In this document: positions 40,641 to 56,201 of the stretch, piece by piece
Numbering within the stretch: position 1 is the first letter of the stretch
Layout: each line of letters begins with the position of its first letter
Assembly: GCA_951406725.2 (NCBI GenBank)
Contig: OX597821.1
Coordinates: forward strand, 62,558,001 to 62,622,000
Length of the DNA stretch: 64,000 nucleotides
Direction: 5' to 3'
Origin: Octopus vulgaris
Lineage: Eukaryota
Program-made: the position numbers and the translations under genes
Notes under the pieces: model-generated
Told to the model about the DNA's origin: nothing
The model's input: only the letters and a program-made list of their open reading frames with translations
The model's database searches: none

Positions 40641-43394
40641 ATATATGTATGTATTTATCTATCTATTCACACGTTCACAGACACTCATTTGCTCATATGT
40701 TTAGTGTTTGCTGTTTAAAGCTGTAGTTTCGACAATGATAAATGAAGTGGTGGTAGCTAAAGTAATGAAACTCTCACCGATTCAGTGCTAATATCTGATG
40801 TGTGGCGTCTGTTGAAGCAGGAAATATTATTAGATATACTTTTAATGACATATACGTCGGATTTTATATATTATACCTGCATAAATCCCCTTACGGGAAA
40901 ATGCAGACATTTATTTCTGACTATTTACGTACCTTAGACTTTCATAAAACTTTGCATTTTTCAGCAAACACGATTTTAGATTAATTTGTTTGAATGAATG
41001 AATTACATTATACATTGTGAAGGGTGGAGATGTATGCGCCGTTAATAATGAATTTAATGTCTTGGGTATAAATTATTCTTATTCAATATTGTATTTCTTT
41101 TCTGTCTACCACTCAAACTTTTCGCCACATTTTTCGAAATCAAACAAATTAAGAATATAATGCTTCATTTTTATCTAGAAATGCGTATCTTGTTTATTTC
41201 GTTTTACCCTGTTATCTATAAACATTTAATCATTTCCATGGCATCACATATATGTACATACGAGTAATATTTGATGTTGACTTTAAATAATCAATGTAAT
41301 ATTATGCAGAGCTTTGGAAAAGATGAGTTAGTGATAAGAAACGAGCTCTGTAGAAGAGCGGAAACTTGCCTGGGGAGGAATGAGTTTCTTTCTTGCTTAA
41401 GTTTAATACATTATATGCAATACCAAAACCCACGATTAACTTATTATCTAGTGATAGAGCCGAATTCATTGCAGTATCTCTTTTCATTATTTACTTGATC
41501 AAATTATTTCTCTTAATATTAAAAAAAAAAAAAAATTCTTTATCGTATTGTTTAACTCTGAATGTTTCTCGTAGAAACGTTCTTTAAAATTAAGGAAAAT
41601 TAAAGAATGCTATACCAAAAATTATATAGAATAAATCGATATAAACTATTTATAGCTCTAGGACTGCAGGAGATTTCGTTAATTCAGTAACTTATTTAGA
41701 CGTTTACGTCAATGTGAAATGTACGAAAATGAAAGCAGATTTATGACGCAGAAATTACTACATTTAATTTTATTTTGAATTATTTGTTCTCCCAATGCTT
41801 TTCAATTTCACCTGATTATTTTCTTTGTTTGTGTAGCTTCTTTACTATCCGATCGCTAGTTTTGATAATGCAGGGTCTTTAATTCTTCATTTTGTTATAT
41901 CCTCATCGCAGGTCTCTGTGTATATATTAATATTATAATACGCTTTCTACTTTTATTTTTCATAAACTTTCATTTGCCGAGGTCGTAAATATCAGATGTA
42001 GTAATGAAAGCACCTACGTTTAATTTTGCTTTATTTTGTCATACCTCACATCATTGGACATCAATCGGTTTCTCACCCGAGATCACAGTATGATTTGATC
42101 TTAAATATTTTCTTAATCCATGCTCCAGATATTCTCAATGATTAGAAATTAATTTGATCAAATAAAACGCTAATCCTTTTATTTCTGTTTTTAATCCGCT
42201 GTTTAAACTGTTGATGATTTGCTCTAGTTACGGTAGTCGGTCAAGCATCATACAATTAGTAGACGAAATATTAGCCAATCTAGCGCTGAAACTCAATATG
42301 GTATCTCACATGCAAGATTATGTTTTTCTTTTTAAAAAGCCACTTTGATCAATTAAGATTTTTGTGAGCTATTATTAATCACTTCATCTAGAAGAGATGG
42401 GAATCGAAAACCAAGAACACAAGATAACATTAATAAGATCAGTTGATTGAAATTCTTTACATTATTGAAGTGGATATGGAATCTACAGCCATCTACGAAA
42501 GCAACGGACAGGTTTTTTTTTTATTACGAATATTAACAATACGGGAATGATAGTAACATATATTTGTGTTGCGATCAAGTTTTTATTTCTATCAGTACTT
42601 GTCGCAAAGCCTACATACTTTCCAAAACTACTGCTCTGCAAGCTGACTAAACACTCGTCTTTTGTAAATTTTCTCTCTCTACCATAATAAACTGTTTTCC
42701 TAAAACAAATATTCGCTTTCGTATACCTTTAATATTTCGTGTTAAATTTAGGGAGATGCATGACATACAATGAACATTTTATTTCCTTTGATGGATATAA
42801 TGAAAATCAAGTTTTCATATTGGCGACAAAACTACAAACAGTAAATATGTGATATTGAAAAGTAACAATACAAAAGGTATTTCAGTGATAGGAAAATCTT
42901 GTGGTTTATGTTTACAGCAGTTATGATGTATGATGTATTTATATTCATTATAACAATTTGTTAAATCGTAAATATTTGTATTTTGATATCTTTTGAATAT
43001 CAGGCAAAATGTTTTGCAGTATTTATTTAGGCACTTAATGAACTGATTCTCCCTTCCATGATTGACAAAATAACGTAACGGCCTTGTCCATTTCATTCAC
43101 CTACATGATCCACACAAATTGTCGGTCTTTTGTGTATTTAAAAGAACCATTATTAATATTATTGTTGTTTGCTACAAATATTAATAATAATGCTGATTGT
43201 TTATGAATTAGGTGGCATGACAGCAATTTTGTGGGGACGATGTGTAAAGGTTCAAAATCAAATTTGATCACGATGGGATTAGAGATCACTTAGTAAAGAG
43301 CGGAAATAATGCCAGAAAGCATAATTGTCCGACACTGTAGGGATTCAGACAACTCACCATCGTTGAAACGACAGTATACATAACGACAATACTA

Positions 43395-43600
43395 CTTTCG
43401 AAATTGGCTCAACGTCGGCAATTTTAGGGACGGGGGCAAATCGACTACAACAGCACTGCTGCTCAATCGATATTTAACGTACCTCCACTGAAAGAGTTGG
43501 AGGTAAAATCGACTTCGGCGCAATTCCCAAGAGATGAACCAGATATAAAAGCCGCTAAAAATTTTACCCGACGCGTTAACGATTCTGCTATTCCAACGCA
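43395..43600 (-). mobile_element. SINE family A
   Basis: GCCGCTAAAATTTTACCCGACGCGTTAACGATTCTGC and GGTAAAATCGACTTCGGCG are reverse complements of family A. Confidence 0.8.
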
Positions 43601-44633
43601 CTTACGACAGCAGAAGCAGCAGCAACGCTGAAAATACAAACGACAGCAACAACCATAATATCAATAATTTAATTATCTTCTACATTTTTCTTTATTTTCA
43701 ACATGTTTACTTACATTTGCCATCAACGTCATGCATCATATATTTTTATCACCAATTTAAACAAACTTAGAATTTTCAGTTAATTATTTTATCATACATG
43801 TCATTTCTTTTCTTACATAATCAGTAAATTCAAAAATACAATTATACACTATAGAAAATAAAAAAAAACATACGCGGACATTGTCACACACAAGCACAAA
43901 TGCATATGTAGGTAAGTGCTCTAAATATATATTTTTGACTGTGTTATGCAAGCATATGTCAGTATGCGCGTTTATTTCCACGCGCGTGACAATTTGTAGA
44001 TGTAATCCGTTTAAGTAAAAGACTACATTTGAAAATTTTCTCTCTTCATTTCATATACGGTGAATCATAATTTAATTGAGTTTCATGTGGTTTGCTGCAA
44101 ATCTTAAGTTTAATTTCCTAGAGTAGATTACACTTTCGTATTTCGTATCGTGTACTTTAGAATTTTTTTCTCAAGAAATATGTGCATCTTATAATTTGAT
44201 AAAGTAGCTTCAGTTGATGCCATTTTTGTTTTGACTTGTTGGAAAAGGACCACTTCGTGCTCATTTATATAGTATGTGCAACCTTCATACTTATACGTAT
44301 ATAGATACTAGATTACAAACACGTTATATTCAAACATCCAAACATATTCTAAGGTTTGTACAGATTCCATTTGTTTATGCACACAGACACACGCAAGGAC
44401 ACACACATACTGGCACACACACACACACAGCAGCACAAGAATATATTCTTAGATGTTTTCGTTTTCTTGTTTCATCGCATTTCTAAAGCATTCTCAAACT
44501 CCAGGGCATATCCATTTATGAAATGCCAGAAAACAAATGTTGGTGTAAGTAATAAGGACAATTTGTGCAGTAAACCTGAATGCAAATAGATATTTCATAA
44601 ACAAACTCACAAACACTCATGCTTTGATATTCA

Positions 44634-44970
<337 letters not shown>

Positions 44971-44997
44971 TTATATGTGTATATGTGTGTGTATGTA

Positions 44998-45098
<101 letters not shown>

Positions 45099-46456
45099 TG
45101 TGTATATATATATACATGAATATATACACGCATATATGCATTTATTGATATATATATATATATATACACATATATAGATATGCATTTATATATGTGAACT
45201 GTATGTGTATGAGCATATATTTATATATATATAAATATATATGTGTGTATATATATGTATATATATGTATCTACTTATATATGTACGTATACATATGTGT
45301 GTGTTTTTAAACATACATGCATGCGTCTGAGTGTGCGTATTTGTGTGTGTGTTTGTGTGTGTGTAGGTGTGTGTATTCACACATACATAATATATACGGA
45401 ATCATTCTTTGAACTAATTATGAATAAGTCGATATTATAGTTACAGCAAATATCTGATTATCTCATAATTATTTCAAATCATAACCCGGCAGAGAACGAT
45501 ATAATTATAAAAATCAATAATCACAATCTCGTTACGTTTTAAATATATCATATCTAGAACACAATATGAGTTTTGGGCTTGAAGTAGAATGCTCCAAGCA
45601 AGTTCTGATGAAATATAGCGGCATTGTCGTTCTGATTTCTTATTATACATTTACACAGTTTACACGTTATTTCTCCGTGTAAGTAAGAAGTTGATGTCTT
45701 TGATATATTTCGATAATATTTCCTCGGTTAAACTTGATCTGTTATATCTTTCTATCTCGAGGCAAGGTATGGAATTAGTTACATGTAGATTGAGACAACC
45801 GGTTATCAGATTGAATATCCCAACAAGAAATTAAATACAGTGTTATTCCATAACGTTGCATAAAACGATAATATATTCGAAGAATTGAGTTAAATTTTAC
45901 GAAAAATAAAAAAAATATTCTCAAAATAAAAAAAAATGATTAAAAAGCAATTTGTTGATTTAATTCTATAATCTGTATAATTTATGTGTGAGTGTGGGCG
46001 TGTGGATGATTGCGTATATATGTATATGTCTGCAGATATACACACATATGCATATATATGCATATATGTGTGCATGATCACATTTATGGGTAAATATTTG
46101 CACACCAACGCTTACTGAAAAACTATATATGTACGCTCACGTATGTATGGGTGTATGTAACCTTTATTGAATGGTGATTTTAAAATGGAAAATTGTCCCC
46201 ACATGTCTACTAGAGGCATGTATCAAAGTATTTAAAAGAAGAATTTATGAGATGAGTTAGCTCCAACGTTCGATGAAAATATTGACGATCATTGGAGTTG
46301 TAATACACATAAGCTATCTTGGTCCAACCTTTCGCAATAAGTTCGAACTGTTTACAGGTATAAAGGCACAAATGCAGGAAAAGCGTGTTTTAGATTGTGT
46401 ATGTTATATGTATAAATGTGTGTTTCTATCTACGTATCTATCTACCTATCTATCTA

Positions 46457-46489
<33 letters not shown>

Positions 46490-46825
46490 TTTGAATGTAT
46501 GTATAAATTCAATCACGTATTTATAGAATTGATTGGGGTGACGTTTTTTAAGAACCCAACTCCACATCATATTATATAGACATCGAAAACACTTTAATTT
46601 TCATATTACGTACGTGAGCGACTCAGATATTACTGCTTCCGATACTGAACGTTACATCATAAGCTAACGTGCACTCACACAGCCTCCACTACACAATTCA
46701 ACCTGTAACTTTTAAAAGCCTTCCAACTGCTCATGTGGGCTATTTCGTCGCTCAGACACTTTCGTCTATAGGGCACCTCACACATCCTCCAGTGGCATGG
46801 GGATTGACACCTAATAATAATCCTT

Positions 46826-47025
46826 TCTAAAATAGTTACGTGACCTGAAACCTTCGTGGAGCAGTTAGTCGATTACATCGCCCTAAGTGCAGAACTGGTA
46901 CTTATTCCATCTACTCGGAAAGAATGAAAAGTAAAAACGACCTTGGTGACATTTCACCTCAAAGCGTGGGGAAATGTCGCTAAGCATTTTGTTCCAAGAG
47001 CAAACTATTGTGTCAGTTAGGAGCC
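46826..47025 (-). mobile_element. SINE family A, decayed
   Basis: AACTGGTACTTATT..ATC.AC.CGGAAAGAATGAAAAGTAAAA.CGACCTTGG ... GAAATGTCGCTAAGCATTTTG. Confidence 0.8.
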
Positions 47026-48189
47026 TTGTGAGTAAAATTATTTTGAATTTGAATATTGAAAAAAACCTTGCTTTCTTCGCAATATGATTTTCATTACGCC
47101 CTTGCCATTTCAACTAATGTTGTACCAACGCATTTTTAACGAGAAACATATTTTATTGAAAACTACCGAGGAGTAATAACATACTGTCTTGTTGCATCAG
47201 TGTTTCAACGAACGTCACTTCAAAATAATCAATGTGGCAATATCCCTCTCAAATATTTCATCGATTAATGTAAATAATATTAAAAGATAGCCCAGGGAAA
47301 GTTTACAATGAAATAATACATTTTATTATATTGAAATTGAAATTGGTATCAGAATTGCAGTATCAAATTATATTTTCTGATACTTACTGGAAATTTCGTT
47401 ATTTCTCATATATATGAATGTCTCAAATATATTTCTGTATGTACATGAAAGCTTTCCGACCAAACTTCGACAAGTTTCAATATCAACCTGAGAAGTTTAC
47501 ATTTTCTATATATTTGCAATAGCGATGTATTTCGTGTGCTCTCTTCAATAGTAATTTGTAGTATACGTGATACCAGACTACGTATGATGTGTAAACTACC
47601 TATGTTGTTACACAGACGTGATAATATTTATCTTATTACTAACTAAATAGTTAACGGATCAAGCAAAACAAAGCTTCTTTCTATATCAGTGATTACTAGT
47701 TAAATGTATTTCGCCAGACTGATATAGGATATAGTGATTGATATCTGTATTGCATTCAAAAACAACTATTGTTGCTACATATGTTTGTTTGACAGATTGT
47801 TTTTATCATATTGTTTTCCATGAAACCAATCTCGATAACATTATAACATTTAAACCACTGGACGAATAATCAAAGCATGTTGATTATCGATCTACAATGT
47901 AAAAACGTGAGTAAATAGCATACTAATAAAGAGAGAGTTTGAAATAAAGATAACAATATTACTTTTTTTTCAAAATGATTTTAGATAAACAGATATCATT
48001 TAATAGATTTTGTCTATTCTGGGATTAGAAAAAACAGCAAACAGCCAAACAAACAAATAAGATAACAGAAGACACACCTATTATCTTTAAAAAATTTGTA
48101 TTCATAGACTGATAGAACCGTTGCTCAAAAAGTATGAGGAAACGATTATCGTGCCGTATCTACATATTAATATTAATGGGAAGGTCAGA

Positions 48190-48345
48190 CAAATTTGCTA
48201 GCGGGATTTCGTCCATCTTTACGTTCTGAGTTCAAATCCAACCGAGGTAGACTTTGGTGTTCATCCTTTCAGGATCGATGAAATAATTACATTGGAATCA
48301 ATGTAATCGGCTTAAACTTGACCCAAATTTGCTGGCCATGTGCCT
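48190..48345 (+). mobile_element. SINE family A, 5'-truncated
   Basis: ATTTCGTCCATCTTTACGTTCTGAGTTCAAATCC..CCGAGGTAGACTTTG..GTTCATCCTTTCAGGATCGAT. Confidence 0.85.
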
Positions 48346-48447
48346 ATATGTATATTTATATGTATTGAATTGAGCCTGTTTCAGCTTATGAGCTGTGACC
48401 GTACCGTATGTATCTATGTATTTACCTATAAATGAGTATATGTGTAG

Positions 48448-48494
<47 letters not shown>

Positions 48495-50689
48495 TTATGC
48501 TTCTCTATGCGCATGTATGTACGTACGCGTGGATGCGCTGACGCGTGTGTATGATATTTAAACTTACAGCTATTTCCTAAAATTAAGAGTTAAAATATCG
48601 CAAAATACATGACGAGTAATATAATAATGTGGTGTAAGTTACCGATACTGTCTAAGGTACCTTTTTAGTAAAATATTTTACACACAAAGTTATTCAATTT
48701 ATGCACCTGAACTCAGAATAATTAGTACAATTATAGTTTAGAGGTCAGGTTTTTACTAATGTTGAACGCCACTTAAAATCTAATCGAGTTGACCTCTGTA
48801 ATCAAATGCATTGATTCCGTGAACCAACCAGATTCAAAATGTACATATAATAAAGGATGAATTCTTGATTAGCATACGATTCTTCGTTAAATAGAAGCAC
48901 AAATGTTGGCAATCGATTATTTTCAGCTTTAGTTACAGATGCAATATTGAGCTAAAGAAGATGGCATGTACATGTTGCTTAATAGATCTATATAGAAAAT
49001 ACACAGCAGTATAATTGTAATAAAACGCAAAACGGCATTGTCGAAAATGTAATGTTGTGCTTAAATTGTGTGCATAACAATTGCGATGACAACGGGCTAT
49101 GTGTTTTGTTTTTCCGAACAAAATACAATTAAGTGATCATTTTCAAATATCTAATTAATACAGCACATTGTAGATATCTTGTTAATTCAATTAATTAAAT
49201 GTTATAACAGCAATCAATGATCGGATGTTGTGTCGAACAAAGCAAACTGCTTTTAAATCTATGAAATACAATATTTAATGTAAAGGAAAAATGATGTGTA
49301 CGAGTCATTGTCTATTTCACGAACAAGTGGACAATGTACAATTAGAAAACAAATGCATCAATTATTCTTATATGAATACCAATAAATTGTAAATGTGTTC
49401 TCATCGTTACTCGTATAACTAAACATCGAATAGCTGGTGGCAGCCACAATCTTTGAGCTTTTATCACTATACCTATCAAAATTCTTTTATCTTTGAGGGA
49501 AACTTTGATTTCATTTTATTAATTTTCTATTTGTGAGTGGATATGCAATATGCAGAGACATTATTGAGATACGTGCATAATAATGTGAATATTTTCTTGT
49601 TGTTTCTTTACGTCAGTGATACAAATTTTGGTTAAGCTTTGAGAACTGATATGACTACTCTCCTCCAATCGATTCTTCTCCCTTTTCTCGTTTATTCATT
49701 TTCAGAACTCATATGAAAAGAATATAGTTAGATCCGTCTTTCCTGTGAAATTAATTCATTCTATTCAAGCGATCGTACATCTAAGCAGTCTAGGAAGAAC
49801 TATGAGTATTTAACAGGTGTTGGCTAGTCTTTTCTTTGACTATTGTATAAAGAAGTCATTTCATTTCTTTCATCATTTATTTCATCTTCCTCCTTTGTAC
49901 TACTTCTTTGTACCGTATTTTCTGGCATAGAAGTTGCCGTTGTATAGAGTGTAAACATTCTAAAATCATTATATTCTTTCGAAATTCTGTTACATTTGAC
50001 ATGGAATTTTTGGTGCTTCAAATTCATCTTCGTGTATAAGTCAACGCAACGTTGCTGGTTCTAAACTTATTTTGGTCTGAAAAATTAGACTTCTGTGTAG
50101 GAAATACGGTATATGTTTTTATTAATGATCTCATGTCTTCAGAAATTTAGCTTACTGCATACCTTACCAGTCATTTCATTTATGTTTCTTCCTACGTACA
50201 ACATTGATATCGCAATCAGTAAAATTAGAAACGGAAACTAATTGTAAAGTGTCGTTTGCTTTGAACACGTTTTCGTACGATGGGGAAACAGAAATAAAAA
50301 ATGATAATATAAATTCAAAATATATTCACAAAATATCGAACAGAATTGCACATGCCAAAATTTACAAAACAGAGATGCTTTTCATTAGAATGAACAGAAG
50401 ACAGAGACGCATGTATATAAATATCCATGAATACGTACAAACACGTGCACATACACAAACATACATATGTGTATATATGCATATGTATGTGTATATAGGT
50501 GCATGTATGTGTGTGAACAGATACACAACCAATCAGAGAAAAAAATGAATGGGTAATATATAAATAGACTGTTAGATTGATAAATGGTTAGATAAGATAA
50601 AGAGGTTGGCAGATAGGTATGTAGAAACGTTGAAAGATAGATAGATATGCAGATAGCTATGTAGGTAGGTTGGTAGGGAGGCGGGTAGG

Positions 50690-50712
50690 TAGGTTAGTAG
50701 GTAGGTAATAAG

Positions 50713-50773
<61 letters not shown>
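50690..50773. repeat. (TAGG)n/(GATA)n microsatellite
   Basis: Directly visible. Confidence 0.93.
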
Positions 50774-50774
<1 letters not shown>

Positions 50775-53436
50775 TGACTGTCATGGCGAGAGTCACGGCA
50801 TCCTGCTAGAATAGACTGACCAAACAACCATAAATATTAGCGGTATGAGGGAGATGGTAGTGAGTAGGCGTTAATCACAGGAAGTCGTAAGGTATCGTTT
50901 TTGTAGTTTGTCGGAATATCGTCTCTTGGCTGGTGTATAACTCGTAGAAAGTTTGTTGGATTGTTATGTTGTTGTTACCCTGCTTCGTTATATGTTTATT
51001 GTTACTACACGGTCATACTGTAAAAAATGTAAAGTCATAACAATTGGCGATGAAACAATAACAGATAACAATCAGACTAAGGAAGTAATTACTAACCAAT
51101 TTCACAAAAATATTATATCTAGACATAATTCTTCCAAACGCGAGATATTCCGACATAATCTGAGTCATAAATAGTAGAAACTGGTCAATCAGTAATTATT
51201 AAGTTAATATAAATATAAATCAATATACATAAAGGAAAGACTGTAACAGGTCAGATTATTTGTGCAAGCTGAAATCGTGAACCCGTTGTATATAGATCTC
51301 GAGACATGCATGTCCTTTCTTTGCAAATTGAATTCACGACAGGATCCATCATTTAGCTTGTAGACGAACTAGATAGCATTAGGAAAATGGTATTAATATG
51401 TAATTTTTGTCCCGCTTTCATTTGGATTGAAATCTACATGGGACGAAAAGTATAAAAAATAAAATTATGCTTCACTAATTTCTATATTACTGTCAAAGTA
51501 TCACAGCTGGCACGCATAGTGAAAACAATGAACACCAGAATACCTAATATACTCCTCATGGGTGAGTGTGTTTGTGTCTATGTGTATGTGTGTATGAATG
51601 TGTGTGTGTGCATGTGTGTATTTGCCTATGTATGTTTGTATACATGTTTCAATACGTTTGTGTGGACGTATGTTTACATGTGTATACATACATAGAATGT
51701 GAGACAGAGAAAAAGGAGGGAGAGAGAGGGTCATGTATGCATGCATGATTGGATGCGTTTAGTATTTAGATGAAATTATTGTATTAATTAATTTAATCAC
51801 TTAAACTTTCCACGTGACCTTCCACTTTACAATGTGCACATTGCACACGTGGGCAGTTATGAGATATATCTTAAACGAACACACTTTTGCTTCAATTCGA
51901 ACAAAGGAAAATGAATACAATGCTGCCTGTTATAAATTACACATTTTTATCTGCTTTACATTTACATAATGTAAAATGAAACTTTACTATAATTCGACAT
52001 TATATAAATAATCAGTTGTATTATCTTTTTATCATAATTTCATCCATACCAAAATCAAATCAATATTGACTCTTCGAATTCGTATCATAAAAGTTTGACC
52101 TTTCGAAAAGTTAAGTAGTTTAAAAATGAACAACTTTTGCATAGTTTTAATTCAATCTTCAAAAATATTCTCTAAATGTCACATAATGTTATAGTAATTT
52201 TAATCTGAGATTTTCAGCTTAAAGATATAAACCAAAAACAACCATCTCATAAACGACATTTCATTTTTTGTTTGTCTAATATTCATATTATATATACTTT
52301 ATACGTTTTATATTTGTTAGTTAAATGATATGGTGTCGAATTTAAACTGTATATGCATATAGAAATTCGATTCCCTGGCCTGAGTTTTGAACTTCGAAAA
52401 TCGACTAAAATTGATTTCTATATTCGAATAACTTGGCTTGGTACTATATGCTAGATGTTGGGTGAAAATAAAATTGTACATACGGTATCCACGCCTATCA
52501 CACGAAAACTAGCTTCTGATATTAAATATCTGAAGAGAATATGAAATAAAAAAAAGATATCATCGAACATAGTTCACAAATGTTTCCTTATTAAATGAAA
52601 TATCGAAATCTCGTTAATTATTTTGGATTGCCAGAGTATGAAGTAATAATAATTGCAATATATTATGAAATATTCTTCTGAATCAACAATTATCTTGACG
52701 TAACTGTCAAACATCGGCCATTATTTTCTCCTATTTGTATGAATGAATGTTGCAATAAAAGGCAGCAATCTCAGAAGTACTTAAATAATTTAAATATCAT
52801 TTTATTGGATAACGCTTCAAGAATTACGTTCATAAGGATAATTGAATCAAGCCTGCAAAAAGGCATGTGGTATCTAAGTTAAAGTATTCTGTTTTTGTTT
52901 CATTTATTAATATCCACTGTACCCACATCGGCATATTTACTTACTCTGTAGTTCATTTTTGCCGTAGTTAATATAAACATATTCATAGTGTTGCACGTGG
53001 GTATTCTCTGTATAAACAACTGTATGCGTCAATGTTAATTTTGCAAAACTAACACGAGTTTAAGTTTCCTTTCGCTTCCATTTGCAGTGACAAAACATAG
53101 ACTAGTGGATAGGTCGTGGCACTCATACATTACTGTCCCGGATTCTGTACCAGCTTGTTCCTGTAACAGCTGCTTCGTATTTGCTTGGGAAATATACTTC
53201 ATTCGACGTTGTTCCTGACTTCTCAGCTGGAAATAAACAACCCTAAGTAGACTGGCGTTCCGTGCAGGGGAAATGTCTTGATCTCGGTTACTCATATAGA
53301 AAGGAAATCGGGTAACCAGCTCAATGAGATCTAGAACTTGTAATGCAATGTTCAGTTTTATAGATATTGTTGCTGCTGTTGATATATATGAAGATGCATT
53401 ATATGTTCAAACTTTACAATATTTGTAAAATATAAT

Positions 53437-53621
53437 CGATTTTGCCATACACAAGTAGATGACTTGAAATTTCATGGGAGGGCAGTGTTCAACTGCAACT
53501 TATTTTACCGACTCCGAAATGAAGAAAGGTGAAGTCGACCTCAGTGGTATTTGAACTCTGGACGTTAAACCTGAAGAAATGCCGCATTCTAACGATTCTG
53601 CGAGCTCACCGCCTTCCATAC
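53437..53621 (-). mobile_element. SINE family A with 14-bp TSD
   Basis: GAAAGGTGAAGTCGACCTCAGTGGTATTTGAACTC...CTAACGATTCTGCGAGCTCACCGCCTT; TTGTAAAATATAAT at 53423-53436 and 53622-53635. Confidence 0.88.
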
Positions 53622-55927
53622 TTGTAAAATATAATGTGTTACATCAAAATTGTCTTCAGTTTGAAGTGAAGCCGGCATTTCATATTTGAGATAATTGTTA
53701 CTTCCAAACTTATAAAATATTCTTAATCAGATATGACTGACATATATGACAAGAGAATTCTGAATTATTCGTCAATGTTTCAATATTTTTATTCAACTCT
53801 TTGTCTTTGATTATAAACATTAATCAATTATGGTTTATTACACCTGCCGATCACTTTATGACTATACGAATTTAATATGAAATGAATAACGCTAATTGGT
53901 GGGATTAAATAATAATTAACATGTACCTAGTTATTATCTTGAAATGTTGACAGTGAAGAGACAAAGTAATATATAGTGGAAAAGTTTCTATGACAGATTC
54001 TGTATATATTCATTGGTTAAATGAAATACATTAACATTTGCAGGCGAAACGGAAAAAGGAAGTCATTATTTTGAGGAAAATTTCAAACTCTCGAGTCTGT
54101 GGAAATGTGTCTTTAATTATAATATAAAGTTTTCAGTGTAATGACTGCACTCAGTAAAATGTCAGTGACATAGCGTTAGTTTAGAAGTTTTGAAGAAAGA
54201 CCAAACTTTTCTATTGAAAATTCCTTGATTTATTAACAAAATCTTCGGTACTAACTCTTACACCATCAATTTCAATAAAAGCAAAAGCACTGCAAGCACA
54301 TTGTGCAGCTACGTAATACTGTAGAAGCATACATAGACAGAAGATGAGAGTATGGGTAACAGGACGAGGTTTGCAAAATACTAAATCGTAGACTGAATGC
54401 CTAATACAATTTAACTATTGCATTAAAATGTTTTCACAATAAATTGATATTTTCTACTATAACATTTCTTTATTTCTCCATATATTACTACTGTTTGTCC
54501 GCTGTTGCTAGGAGTAAGTCAGTGAATCCATATCAAGCACCATTATAGCTGAACATTCAAAATACTTTTTTTTCTTCATAATATCTGAAAACTATTTACA
54601 TATTACTCTACTGGTTCTTGGAAGCGTTTTTAGACGTGGAAAAACCAGAGCAATTTGAAAGAACTGCGCTATATTGAATATATAATATTTCGAGATTCGG
54701 TGATTTTCCGTTACTACATACAGATGCAAATTCCTTCCAAACTTCATTTACCATGTCAGATAATTATAGAATTCAGCTTGGTTTGCGACTATTGGAAGAT
54801 ATTGCTCTGTGAATACACAAAGAAATGCTGGCGTCATAATTTAAATTATCTTTCGAATGAATATTCATAGAATCGAAACTCTTAAACATTGTTCATTTCA
54901 CTTCAATCATCTTGATACACCAAAGTATAACGAAACGGTGGAAATTTGGGCTCAGTTCGTATTTAATTATGAGAGGAGAAAATAAACATATGCTAGAAAC
55001 GTTTGCTCAGAAGCATAAAGTGGCAAATAAAACTATACATGGTGATAATGATTGGACAGTGGAAAACATGTACAGTTCCATCACTATCCATATATCTGGG
55101 TTTACTCGGTGACGGAAACGGAATCGGAGAGCTTTTATAGTTTATCCGGAACGAGTAATGCCGCCACGGAACAGTAGCAGGCAGTTTTTATATCCTGTCC
55201 ATATTTACGGATTAATAAATCACAAGTGTCTCACTACCTAAATATAGTGACATCCCTTAAGACTGAGTCTAAATAATTGAGAAGATTTAGAAGTTAGAGA
55301 ATGAAATTTGCTATTAAAAATTAAATGTTTTTCTCATATATATAAGTGATCTAATATATTTTAGTAATCTGTTTGCTTACCAGGTTCTTGTACATCTATG
55401 AATAATAGTTGAATATTAGTATATTTCAAAGGTTTTATTTCGGCATAGATTAAACTATGAAATTTATACATTTCATACAGAACAAGATATATTGTAAAAT
55501 GTGTTATTCTATCCACAGCTACAACATTAAATCTTACCAACTAGAAGCATTACGGAATTAAAGAACTTGTTGTCGATGGTTCTTGATTGATTTCATTCTC
55601 TGAGAATTGTCAAGATAAATGATTGCGTCCGTTACATTATAAACATTTGCTCATAACATAGTGACACAGTTCAAAGCGATATTCAGATTGCATTTAACTT
55701 TTGTCTCCATTTACATTTACAAATATCAAAATACTTTTTGCTCATTATATCTATATAATGCGAATGTAAAGACATAAAGTTATTCAGGTAGGGTATCGCG
55801 GTAGCTCTCAAATATATTCCAGGTTATGGCTAACTGTTTCAAGTAGTACAGAGTGTCAATGATCACTTATTATTAGCAATCTCGCTTTAATTCTTACCAT
55901 GGCTAACTCCGCCTCCCCCTGTATATA

Positions 55928-56201
55928 CTTGGGATAGACGCCGTCACCCATTGCACTACAATTAGTAAAATATTTACTCATATCTTTCTATATTCTCACT
56001 TCAAATTTTTTATATGCCATACACTTACCATATCACAGGAGTCGCAGATCGACCATACACACACACATATATATGGTCGATCTGCACTTAGTGTGATATC
56101 TTAACAGTATGGCATATAAAGAATATGAAGTAAGAATATAGGAAGATATGAGTAAATATTGTACTAATTGTAGCGCAATGGGCGACGGCCTCTATCACAA
56201 G
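55928..56201. repeat. Foldback: 130-bp inverted arms around a 14-bp (CA)/(TA) loop
   Basis: Arms 55928-56057 and 56072-56201, e.g. GCAGATCGACCATA/TATGGTCGATCTGC and CTACAATTAGTA.AATATTTACTCATATCTT. Confidence 0.92.

Noticed and set aside
53089-53220. Plus-strand exon candidate after TTCCATTTGCAG
   Set aside because: Only a short open frame with no recognisable domain; the downstream sequence looks like a decayed SINE segment.
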